The notes under the pieces were generated by a model. It worked only from the letters and a program-made list of their open reading frames with translations, searched no databases and was not told the origin of the DNA. DNA of 64,000 nt from Candidatus Poribacteria bacterium (lineage in GTDB: Bacteria; Poribacteria; WGA-4E; WGA-3G), in contig OZ244616.1 of the NCBI GenBank assembly GCA_965218285.1, positions 1,472,133-1,536,132 on the forward strand, given 5' to 3'. This document shows, in pieces, positions 18,700 through 28,232 of this stretch. Position numbers and translations under genes: made by a program. Within the stretch, counting starts at the first letter, position 1; each line of letters opens with the position of its first letter.

Positions 18700-18900
18700 C
18701 ATGGTAGACATTTGTTGAAAGTTGATCGTTGGATAGCGACTACGAAGCCTTGTTCTGAGTGCGGATATAAAAATGAAAATCTCTCTCTTGAAGATAGACA
18801 TTGGATATGCCCCGAATGTGGTTCTCACCCGATAGAGATGTCAACGCTGCTATCAACATTTTCATGGCGGGCTTAGTCGCCACTGTGGAGCAGACATAAG
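18700..18900 (+). pseudogene. tnpB: Frameshifted C-terminal remnant of an IS200/IS605-family TnpB (RuvC-III / zinc-finger end).
   Basis: Reading-frame pieces KVDRWIASTKPCSECGYKNENLSLEDRHWICPECGS and then, in the +1 frame, DRDVNAAINIFMAGLVATVEQT*. This is the characteristic TnpB C-terminus. No intact N-terminal part is present. Confidence 0.65.
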
Positions 18901-19010
18901 ACCTTTTAAAGAAGGCGAACTGCGACGAAGCACAAGCACAACCCTCTGAGTTTGGGTACTATGACAAATAAGTGTAAAAGAATTACACCACTTCAGAACA
19001 TAGGAGTCAT

Positions 19011-21170
19011 ATGCTAATGAAGAAAAATATAATCTCAAAAAAGCAACAACCTACCGAAAAACGCGCTTTTACTCGACGTGATTTCCTTTCAACCAGTATG
19101 AAAGCTGGTGCTGCCGCTTTCACTACAAGTTTTTTACCAACACTTCACGCTTCTGCTGATGAACGATATAATGTCCTATTTATCATGGTTGATGATTTAA
19201 GTACTCTGCTTGGTTGCTATGGTCATCCAGAGATGCACACCCCTAACATTGACAAAATTGCTGATCAAGGCGTCGTCTTTGACCGGGCGTACTGCCAATA
19301 TCCACTTTGTGGCCCGTCACGAGCTTCGCTTCTGACTGGATTACGTCCTGACACAACGGGAATAATGGATAACTGGCCTAGTCCTGCAGATAGGTTACCG
19401 GGCATTACTATTCCTCAACATTTCAAAGATCAAGGTTATCACACACGCTCTGTCAGTAAAATTGCCCACTCGTGGTATGCATGGACAGATAGAGTTTCTT
19501 GGAGCAAACCGATATGGAAGCTGAGTTTTGAGGACGAGTATTTTGGTGCTAAACCAAGGGATTGGAAGATACTTGATGTTGCCGATGATGAACTCCGAGA
19601 TGGAAGAGCTGCCCGTGAGGCGGTAAAAGTGATGAATGAGATAAAAGAGTTGCCATTTTTTCTTGCCGTTGGTTTTGACAGGCCTCATACTCCCTACCAC
19701 GCGCCACGAAAATATTTCGATCTATATTCGCCAGAAGATTTCACCTTACCAACACATTCAAGTCTACCCGAAAATGCACCATTGTTCTCTATTTCTAATG
19801 AGTCGTTTAGGAATTCTGATGAGGTCACATTGCAATTTACGCATGCTTACGCTGCATGTATAAGTTATGTAGATGCTCAGGTTGGGTTATTGCTTGAACA
19901 GCTTGAGAATTTGGAGTTGGCTGAAAAGACAATCATCGTCCTGATGGGGGACCATGGCTATCACATCGGGGAGCATGCTCGGTGGCAAAAAGACACACTA
20001 TTTGAGGTAGGTGTGCGTTCCCCGTTGATTGTTAGCGTTCCCGGGCAGTCGCATGTTGGTGTCACAACAGATGCCCTCGTTGAACTCGTGGATATTTTTC
20101 CGACATTATGTGATGCATGCGAATTGCCGATTCCGAGCGAACTTGAAGGGCAAAGTTTTGTTCCGGTTATTGAAGAACCGACACGCCAGTGGAAATCTGC
20201 GGCGTTTAGCCAACTCAGACGGACGAATGCGGAAACTTGGTACAGGAGATATTCGCTATCATCTCTCACTGGGATTGAAATCACAGATAACAACAGTGTA
20301 GATGGTTACTCCATGCGCACTGATCGATATCGATACACCGAGTGGAGGGCATATTCTGAACATGGTGAGAAACTCGCCGATGTCGGTGTTGAACTCTACG
20401 ATTATCAGACTGATCCCGATGAAACCGTCAATATAGCGAATCTTCCGGAGAATGCAGAACTTGTCGTACAACTTAGTGAACAACTTCAATTGGGATGGCA
20501 ACATGCTTTGCCTGGAATGCAAGAAGGAAGCACTGCTGTTTCACCAAACTTTCCATGGGATATAAACGAGGATGGTATTGTGGATATTCAGGATCTGCTT
20601 CTCGTCTCGGAAAATTTTGGGATAGCAATTCAGGAATATCCTAAGGCTGACGTTAACCAAAATGGTAGCGTTGATATTATTGACCTCCTTTTAGTCGCAG
20701 CACATTTGGGTGAATCCAATAATCCATCAGCTCCGCTGGCGCACACCGAAATATTACCCGAACATTTTGACATTTTGCAGAAACGTCTTTCTGAAGCCCG
20801 TTTAGCCGATGATGGTTCTGCTCTTTTTCACAAGGGGATTTCGGTTTTAGAAACTCTGCTGAATGCTGCTATTCCAAAAAAGACTGTGTTACTGCCTAAC
20901 TATCCAAATCCTTTTAATCCAGAAACTTGGATACCCTATGATTTAGCACAGGATGCAGATGTAAAGATACACATCTATGATTTAAATGGCAAATCTATCC
21001 ATCAATTATCTCTTGGTTTCCAGACCGCTGGTACCTATCATTCTCAATCGCGTGCAGCGTATTGGGATGGAAAGAATTCTGCTGGAGAGTATGTTTCGAG
21101 CGGGGTCTATTTTTTTACACTATACGCTGGACAAATTCAAACTACACGCAAAATGGTTGTCAGAAAATAA
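19011..21170 (+). CDS. Formylglycine-dependent sulfatase with Tat-like signal, dockerin-like repeat pair and T9SS/FlgD-like C-terminal sorting domain.
   Basis: RRDFLSTSMKAGAAAF twin-arginine signal. Sulfatase signature CQYPLCGPSRASLLTG (C-x-P-x-R). Dockerin repeats DINEDGIVDIQDLLLV and DVNQNGSVDIIDLLLV. CTD LLPNYPNPFNPETWIPY...YWDGKNSAGEYVSSGVYFFTL. Confidence 0.85.
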   Translation: MLMKKNIISKKQQPTEKRAFTRRDFLSTSMKAGAAAFTTSFLPTLHASADERYNVLFIMVDDLSTLLGCYGHPEMHTPNIDKIADQGVVFDRAYCQYPLCGPSRASLLTGLRPDTTGIMDNWPSPADRLPGITIPQHFKDQGYHTRSVSKIAHSWYAWTDRVSWSKPIWKLSFEDEYFGAKPRDWKILDVADDELRDGRAAREAVKVMNEIKELPFFLAVGFDRPHTPYHAPRKYFDLYSPEDFTLPTHSSLPENAPLFSISNESFRNSDEVTLQFTHAYAACISYVDAQVGLLLEQLENLELAEKTIIVLMGDHGYHIGEHARWQKDTLFEVGVRSPLIVSVPGQSHVGVTTDALVELVDIFPTLCDACELPIPSELEGQSFVPVIEEPTRQWKSAAFSQLRRTNAETWYRRYSLSSLTGIEITDNNSVDGYSMRTDRYRYTEWRAYSEHGEKLADVGVELYDYQTDPDETVNIANLPENAELVVQLSEQLQLGWQHALPGMQEGSTAVSPNFPWDINEDGIVDIQDLLLVSENFGIAIQEYPKADVNQNGSVDIIDLLLVAAHLGESNNPSAPLAHTEILPEHFDILQKRLSEARLADDGSALFHKGISVLETLLNAAIPKKTVLLPNYPNPFNPETWIPYDLAQDADVKIHIYDLNGKSIHQLSLGFQTAGTYHSQSRAAYWDGKNSAGEYVSSGVYFFTLYAGQIQTTRKMVVRK

Positions 21171-21461
21171 ATTATTAAAACAAATTTACCTCATTTAAAC
21201 GAGGGGTGCGCATAAATTCTAATAACAAAATAGTCTGATATTTCTTACAATCGTGCAGGACCCAATAACAATCACCATAAAGAAGGTATAACGCCCTGAA
21301 AATGCGATTTGTTTTGTAGATTTTTCTTGATTTTTAGCGCATGAGATACCATCCTAATTAGATCTGATTATTAATGCTGGCTGCAAAGTAGTATTATTGA
21401 CACCTTCTTTTGAAGGCAGCATACACGACAAACGCATCGCTGATATACTATAGGATACTGT

Positions 21462-21700
21462 GTGCCAAGTGGCAGTGTATTGTATCAAGATTCCGGTTTT
21501 CAAGGTTTTACCCTTCCCGGAATAAACATCATTCAACCTCAAAATAAACCGAGAGGCGAGAACTCACTATTGAAGAAAAAAAGAATCGCGACATTGCGTT
21601 TGGACGCATATGTGTTGAACACGCGATTGCTGGTACCAAAAAATACCGTATCGTCCAAGATAGGTTGTGCAACTGGAAGAAAGGTTCAGTGATATAGTCA
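21462..21700 (+). pseudogene. Remnant of an IS4/IS5-family DDE transposase C-terminus, frameshifted.
   Basis: The pieces YQDSGFQGFTLPGINIIQPQNKPRGE and, in another frame, LTIEEKKNRDIAFGRICVEHAIAGTKKYRIVQDRLCNWKKG match the conserved IS5-type C-terminal block. Confidence 0.5.
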
Positions 21701-22212
21701 TCGAAACTTGTTACGGACTACATAACCTCCGACTAAACTTTAGACCCTGGTGTTATCAAACACCTTCGATTAAATCATTATAATGTCTAATGAATACCGA
21801 AGTCGTTGACAAATAACCTTAACGCTTATCCTTTCCGCTATGGGTTGTATTGTGAAGATTAGTTTTGTCAAACTTGCTGCAACGAAACTGAGCTGCACAA
21901 AACGATTGACGAACGCTTGGAAAGCGCAAAATATTGTTGGTTGAATAAACAACAAAAATCTGATAGAATTGTTTCTAAGCAGAGAAGGATGTCCATTTTA
22001 CTTTCTATTCAAAAAATCGTTGTTTCCGAAAGGGTGCCTCCTTTTCTGTTTTTTGTAACCATAATTCGTGAAAATTGTCCCAACTTAGTTTACGAATAGA
22101 TTGGATGTGTTAAAATACTTACAAAGTTTTGTAAGTCAATAGTGTTTGAAGGACACTGGAGACTACAAATATATTAACAAACTTAGACCTTCAAAGGTAA
22201 AGGATAATTAAC

Positions 22213-22824
22213 ATGACAAAATTTAAATTAACATTAATTGCTATTTTGATTGGCTCAGTTGTATTTGTATCGTGTGAACGCGCCCCACAAATCATGAAAC
22301 CCACGCTACAGGATATGGACGTCATGGATCCCCCAGACATGGTTGACCCCGATAAAATGATGGACGAAATTATGAAAGGGTCTCCTGTAGTGATTAACGA
22401 GCTGATGGCAGATAACGACAATACCGTTGCTGATCCACAAGAGGACTATGATGACTGGCTTGAGTTACACAATCTTACCGATAACGCTGTGCTGCTTGCA
22501 GGCATGTATCTTTCTGACAAAGAGGACGAACCCACGAAATGGCAATTTCCCGAAAATATAGAAATTCCTGCCAATGGGTACTTGATTGTGTGGTTAGATG
22601 AAAATGGTGAAGATGCTCCAGATGGGCTGCATGCCAACTTCAAACTGTCTAAAAATGGTGAAACCGTCATGCTTGTGGATACAGATGCCCGTGGAAATAT
22701 GGTGTTAGATCAAGTCACATTTGGAGAGCAGGAGACTGACGTTGCTTTTGGACGTTTGCCGAATGGCACTGGAGATTTCCAAGTTGTACAGGTGACACAT
22801 GGGGCAGAAAATAGGATTGAATAG
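22213..22824 (+). CDS. Lipoprotein with a lamin-tail domain (LTD).
   Basis: Lipobox VFVSC. LTD signature VVINELMADNDNTV...DYDDWLELHNLTDNAVLLAGMYLSD. Confidence 0.55.
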   Translation: MTKFKLTLIAILIGSVVFVSCERAPQIMKPTLQDMDVMDPPDMVDPDKMMDEIMKGSPVVINELMADNDNTVADPQEDYDDWLELHNLTDNAVLLAGMYLSDKEDEPTKWQFPENIEIPANGYLIVWLDENGEDAPDGLHANFKLSKNGETVMLVDTDARGNMVLDQVTFGEQETDVAFGRLPNGTGDFQVVQVTHGAENRIE

Positions 22825-23022
22825 AGTCATGGTTGTCACTTACAAAATACTTCAGTGAAGTCCACTAATTGAATGTATATCTAGGACAAGATCCAACTAT
22901 GGCGGATAGTGAAAGGCTGAGAGATTAGAAGATAGCGACAATTTGTTAGATTCTTTTATTCCTTTAGCCTTCCTCAATATGTATGTTTGTTTTCTATAGA
23001 CGATTAAGGAGTATAAAATCTC

Positions 23023-25323
23023 TTGAAACTTTTCACATTTTCCGAATCAACTCGTACACAGTCCTCAAGCCGGAACTTGGGACTCACTCATCTCATCAGT
23101 CTAATTTTCACTGTGTTCATGCTTTTTATTACACCACACTGGATAGCAACTGCACAGACCGTCCAGATTCCGGACCCCAATCTCCGTGCTGCCCTTGAGT
23201 TAGCATTAGACAAAGAAGCAGGTGCCGACATCACTCAGGCGGAGATGGCAAGTTTGGAATCACTCCAAGCTAGCAAATGTCGCTTTTTGATGTTGTCGGA
23301 AATTGGACGGTGGGTGGCACACCGATGGGAATGTCAGTCTCCTAAAGATGGAGAGGATGCTCTTCGTGAAGCGTTGATGCTCAGTTTTGAATCCGGTATT
23401 CAAAATTTAACAGGTCTTGAGTTTGCTACCAATCTAACACACCTCTCTCTTAGTCTCAATCGTATATCAGATTTGTCTCCACTCAAAAATTTGATAAATT
23501 TGACACACCTCTCTCTTGGTCTCAATCGTATATCAGATTTGTCTTCACTCAAAAATTTGACAAATTTGACACACCTCTCTCTCAGATACAACCGTATATC
23601 AGATTTGTATCCACTCAAAAATTTGACAAATTTGATAGAATTGGATATTCAAGACAATCATATATCAGATTTATCATCACTCCAAGATTTGACAAATTTG
23701 ACACACCTCTTTCTTAGAGGAAACCGGATATCTGATGTGTCCCCACTCGAAGATTTGACAGAATTGATAATGCTAGATCTTCAACTCAACGTGATATCTG
23801 ATGTGTCTCGACTCAAAAATTTGATAAAACTGAGACACCTTGATATTGACAACAATGAAATATCTAATGTGTCTCCATTCGAAAATTTGATAAACGTGGC
23901 ATTCTTGGATATTTCCGATAACCGTATTTCAGATTTGTCTCCACTCAAAAATTTGACAAATTTGTCGATAGTGCTGGATATTGACGACAACCAAATTTCA
24001 GATTTGTCTCCACTCAAAAATTTGACAGAGCTGCGTAAACTGGACGCTGACGACAACCAAATTTCAGATTTGTCTCCACTCAAAAATTTGACAAATCTAA
24101 CATGGCTGGATATTGACGACAACCAAATTTCAGATTTGTCTCCACTCAAAAATTTGACAAGACTGACATACCTTGATCTTAACGCAAATCAGATATTTGA
24201 CGTGTCTCCACTTGAAAACTTGATAAATCTAACGGAGTTAGATCTTGACAAGAACGAGATATTTGATGTGTCACCACTCAAAAACTTGACAAATCTGACC
24301 GTTATAGATCTTCATAACAACAAAATATCAGATGTGTCACCACTCAAAAATATGACAAATCTAACAGAATTAGATATTGATGACAATGATATATCAGATG
24401 TGTCACCACTCAAAAACTTGATAAATCTCACGATACTTGACCTTGATGGCAACGAAATATCGGATGTGTCACCACTCAAAAACTTGATAAATCTGACAGA
24501 ACTTGATCTTCACGACAACGAGATATCGGATATATTGCCACTCAAAAACTTAATAAAACTAACAGTGTTAGATCTTAGCGAAAACCAGATAGCGGATTTT
24601 TCACCTATTGCCGGATTAATAGTGAATTTAGTTGAATATGATGCCAGCAACCAATCAGTTCCAACCTACAAACCTGAAGATGTGAACCGAGATGGCACTG
24701 TAAATATAGCAGATCTTGTTTTAGTTGCATCAAATTTTGCCGATCCTGATTTGGAGGCTCTTGCAGGTACAAACATCTATCCGGATGTCAATCATGATGG
24801 TGTTGTTAATCTGATAGACTTGCTCCTTGTTGCGGTAGAGATGGGTTCTGATACTGCAGCCCCCGCACTCAGCAAAAGTCAAGTTGAAACATCTAATCTT
24901 ACTACAGAAAACCTCGTGCAGTGGATTCGACTCGCCAAGAAGATTGATGTCAAAGAGCCGCGTCTCCTAAACGGCATTGCGATCTTAGAGCAACTCTTAG
25001 CACTTCTTAGCACTGTTGAGACATTGCCGAAAGCGACAGCACTGCTGGCAAACTATCCAAATCCGTTTAACCCTGAGACGTGGATACCGTATCAGTTGGC
25101 AAAACCTGCAAAGGTTTGTGTCTCAATTCATTCTACAGATGGGAAACTTGTTAGGATATTGGAGTTGGGGCAGTTGTCTGCAGGCATATATCACAGCAAG
25201 TCCCGCGCGGCATATTGGGATGGTCGGAATGATTTGGGTGAGTCTGTAGCAAGTGGAGTCTATTTCTATACGTTTACCGCAGATGATTTTAGTGCTACCA
25301 GAAAAATGTTCATCCGAAAATAA
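23023..25323 (+). CDS. Leucine-rich-repeat (internalin-like, about 22-aa repeat) surface protein with dockerin-like repeats and a T9SS-like CTD.
   Basis: More than 20 tandem repeats of the LSPLKNLTNLTxLDLxxNxISDVSP type. DVNRDGTVNIADLVLV and DVNHDGVVNLIDLLLV. C-terminal ANYPNPFNPETWIPYQL...YWDGRNDLGESVASGVYFYTF. Confidence 0.8.
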   Translation: MKLFTFSESTRTQSSSRNLGLTHLISLIFTVFMLFITPHWIATAQTVQIPDPNLRAALELALDKEAGADITQAEMASLESLQASKCRFLMLSEIGRWVAHRWECQSPKDGEDALREALMLSFESGIQNLTGLEFATNLTHLSLSLNRISDLSPLKNLINLTHLSLGLNRISDLSSLKNLTNLTHLSLRYNRISDLYPLKNLTNLIELDIQDNHISDLSSLQDLTNLTHLFLRGNRISDVSPLEDLTELIMLDLQLNVISDVSRLKNLIKLRHLDIDNNEISNVSPFENLINVAFLDISDNRISDLSPLKNLTNLSIVLDIDDNQISDLSPLKNLTELRKLDADDNQISDLSPLKNLTNLTWLDIDDNQISDLSPLKNLTRLTYLDLNANQIFDVSPLENLINLTELDLDKNEIFDVSPLKNLTNLTVIDLHNNKISDVSPLKNMTNLTELDIDDNDISDVSPLKNLINLTILDLDGNEISDVSPLKNLINLTELDLHDNEISDILPLKNLIKLTVLDLSENQIADFSPIAGLIVNLVEYDASNQSVPTYKPEDVNRDGTVNIADLVLVASNFADPDLEALAGTNIYPDVNHDGVVNLIDLLLVAVEMGSDTAAPALSKSQVETSNLTTENLVQWIRLAKKIDVKEPRLLNGIAILEQLLALLSTVETLPKATALLANYPNPFNPETWIPYQLAKPAKVCVSIHSTDGKLVRILELGQLSAGIYHSKSRAAYWDGRNDLGESVASGVYFYTFTADDFSATRKMFIRK

Positions 25324-25453
25324 TACCAAATCACTTAATCCATTAAGTTTGGATTTCTGCGTCTCGCGGTTTGTTAAGTTGAAATGTTCTCTTAGAAGAT
25401 CAATATCATTGATGCTTGTAAACGCGTTTTAGGCATGTATATCACGAGGGAAA

Positions 25454-28120
25454 ATGCGAATTTTAATATTGTCATTAGTTGTTTTTTGTTTGCTCCCTAC
25501 AGCGTGGAGTGAAATTCAATTTGAAGATGTCTCACATCAGGTTGGAATCACACGTATTGGTGAAAGTTGGGGAAATGCGTGGGGTGATTTTGACGGAGAC
25601 GGTTACCTTGATTTATGGGTTACTAACCATAAGCACAAACCCAGTCTTTATCGAAATAATGGAAACGGCACTTTTACCGATATAATTGACGAAGTATGGA
25701 ATGCATATCCTTTTGCGGACACACACGGTGTCGCATGGGCAGACTTTGATAATGACGGGGACCAAGATTTGATTGCCTTATGTGGCGGAGGTGGTGGGAC
25801 TAATCGGTCAAACATAACACATTATAATCACTTCTATGTCAATGAAAATGGTAAACTTATTGAGCGCGCTGCTGAATTCGGTATTGACATGCCGTTGCTG
25901 CGAAGTAGGGCACCCCTCTGGTTTGATTGGAACAAGGACGGACTACTTGACTTGCTTGTCACAGGAAAAACCCAAACAGACCAAACAGGAGTGCTTGTGG
26001 CTTCAACGATATTTGAACAAACCCAGGGAACATTTAAGGATGTAAATGCGGAATCAGGGTGCCACATTGAAAAAGATGCCGCATTAGCACAACTTGCTGA
26101 TGTTACCGGTGATGGAACTATGGAAATCTTTGTAGATGGTAGTCTATATCCAGCACATATATATGATACGTCAATTACCCCCTTTAATGATTTAGCTGCT
26201 ACACTTAATTTTCCTAAAGTCTATAGCGTGCAAGATGCAACGTTTGCCGATTTTAATGGTGATCTGGTCCCAGATGCGTTTTTGGCACGTGGGGTGTATA
26301 GATCCTTCATTGATACTTCGGAAGCAGAAACTTTGCGGAACTCAGTCGATCCGCTTGATCCTGAGGTTAATTTTTACAAAATACAAGTAAATGTAAAGAT
26401 TAACACTGGGGAGAAAGGGTTAAGTTTTAAGACAGATGGAATTGTCAAGTTTGAAGTTCATTCCGATTGGGCATCTCAACTCCACCACTTAGCAATCGGA
26501 AAGAATGCGCATAACGTGTATGTTTTTGATGGAGAATACGTCCCAACAGATCGCGAACGAAATGTTTCTTCCTTCACATTTGTGCTTGACCCCGCAGACC
26601 CAAAGGTTGTTGGGTTGGCAGATCGTCCGAAAAACGAGAAATGGAGAACTTATGTGGGGTATGACCCTGATTCAAACCGATGGACAGTATTATACCATAC
26701 AATGCCTCCTATTGACACGAATTGGACAGGATTTGAGGCTCATATATCTGCGAAAAACCCGATAGCAGAAGTTGAACCAATTAATTTCAGCGGCTTTGAT
26801 CTTTCCTATGAACCGAAATCAATACTTTGTATAACAACTCCACCTAACAATTTCCGGAGAATTAATTTTTCTGAGACAGTTGAAGCACGTTCCGTGGCAG
26901 CGGGGGATTTTGACAACGATATGGATGTAGACCTCTATATTGTTCGTTCAAATAGTGCTGCTAATCTGCCCAACCAACTTTATGAAAACCAAGGTGATGG
27001 TTCTTTCATTCAAGTTGCTGGAGCAGGCGGTGCAGAAGCAAACACAGAAGGGAAAGGAATGAGCGTTACGATGGGAGACTACGACATGGATGGTTACCTT
27101 GACCTTTTTGTTACGAATGGTAGAGGGATCTATCCATATAACAATGGTCCGGATCAACTCTACCGTAACATCAGCAGTGGCAATAATTGGATACAGATTG
27201 ATTTGGAGGGGAAAGTTTCAAATAGAGATGGAATCGGTGCGAGATTGTTCGCAACAACACCTGATGGAAAGACTCAGCTTCGCGAACGTAATGGAGGAAT
27301 CCACTGGTCTCAGCAAGACCAGAAACGTATCCATTTTGGGCTTGGACAGAATGAGGTGGTCAGTGAATTGATTATCAATTGGCCAAGCGGCATTGTTCAA
27401 AAGTTAAAGAATGTTGAGGTGAACCAAGTGTTGCGTGTAGTTGAAGATGGAATTCAAACGTTACTCACGGGTGATGTTAATATGGATGGACAAGTTGATA
27501 TTATTGATCTACTTGTAATTGTCGCTCATTTTGGAGAAAGCCCCCCTTCAAATTCAAAGTATGATACAAATAAAGATGGAAAAGTGGATCTTCAAGATGT
27601 CATTTTGGTAATTAAGAGTATTGAAGAAAACCAGAATGGTACTGCAGCACCACCCCAAACACCCATTCCCAAAATTAAAGCCACCGATATCTACTCCCTT
27701 TCAGATCATCACATTGCACTCCTCCACGCATTTTACGAAAAAATTGAAGAATTGTCTGATGATACTACACAAATATCAATAGTGAAACGTTTTTTAGAGA
27801 ATCTGTTGATGCCTGCTGATGGTCCTCTGAAAACGAAACTTTTCGCAAACTATCCTAACCCGTTTAATCCGGAGACATGGATTCCTTATCAACTCGCTGA
27901 GAATGCAGAAATTACCATACGTGTATATAACACTGCTGGTAAGACAGTGCGGACACTCTTCACTGGGCATCAAACGTCAGGATTTTATATCAATCGTGAG
28001 CGAGCCGCATATTGGGATGGCTCTAACGAATTTGGAGAAGCTGCCGCAAGCGGTCTATACTTTTACGAATTGTCCACGCCTACATCTAAACAGACGAGAA
28101 AATTAGTCATCATAAAATAA
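25454..28120 (+). CDS. CRTAC1/ASPIC-UnbV-type FG-GAP repeat protein with dockerin-like repeats and a T9SS-like CTD.
   Basis: N-terminus FEDVSHQVGITRIGESWGNAWGDFDGDGYLDLWVTNH. Repeated FG-GAP Ca-binding loops DxDxDG. GDVNMDGQVDIIDLLVIVAH. C-terminal ANYPNPFNPETWIPYQL...YWDGSNEFGEAAASGLYFYEL. Confidence 0.75.
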   Translation: MRILILSLVVFCLLPTAWSEIQFEDVSHQVGITRIGESWGNAWGDFDGDGYLDLWVTNHKHKPSLYRNNGNGTFTDIIDEVWNAYPFADTHGVAWADFDNDGDQDLIALCGGGGGTNRSNITHYNHFYVNENGKLIERAAEFGIDMPLLRSRAPLWFDWNKDGLLDLLVTGKTQTDQTGVLVASTIFEQTQGTFKDVNAESGCHIEKDAALAQLADVTGDGTMEIFVDGSLYPAHIYDTSITPFNDLAATLNFPKVYSVQDATFADFNGDLVPDAFLARGVYRSFIDTSEAETLRNSVDPLDPEVNFYKIQVNVKINTGEKGLSFKTDGIVKFEVHSDWASQLHHLAIGKNAHNVYVFDGEYVPTDRERNVSSFTFVLDPADPKVVGLADRPKNEKWRTYVGYDPDSNRWTVLYHTMPPIDTNWTGFEAHISAKNPIAEVEPINFSGFDLSYEPKSILCITTPPNNFRRINFSETVEARSVAAGDFDNDMDVDLYIVRSNSAANLPNQLYENQGDGSFIQVAGAGGAEANTEGKGMSVTMGDYDMDGYLDLFVTNGRGIYPYNNGPDQLYRNISSGNNWIQIDLEGKVSNRDGIGARLFATTPDGKTQLRERNGGIHWSQQDQKRIHFGLGQNEVVSELIINWPSGIVQKLKNVEVNQVLRVVEDGIQTLLTGDVNMDGQVDIIDLLVIVAHFGESPPSNSKYDTNKDGKVDLQDVILVIKSIEENQNGTAAPPQTPIPKIKATDIYSLSDHHIALLHAFYEKIEELSDDTTQISIVKRFLENLLMPADGPLKTKLFANYPNPFNPETWIPYQLAENAEITIRVYNTAGKTVRTLFTGHQTSGFYINRERAAYWDGSNEFGEAAASGLYFYELSTPTSKQTRKLVIIK

Positions 28121-28232
28121 ATTAAGTTAATTTTTGCTACCATAAGGTATTTTTAACCCGTTATATTTATAAGGAAAGTCGGTTAACATTACGCGAGTAC
28201 ACGTCATTTAGTTGTTGTGAAGAGGTATTGCT

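Noticed and set aside
23400-24149. Minus-strand ORFs 23400-23618 and 23781-24149 with repetitive KFLSGDKSEI... translations.
   Set aside because: Antisense artefacts of the 66-bp DNA repeats encoding the LRR units of the 23023-25323 gene.
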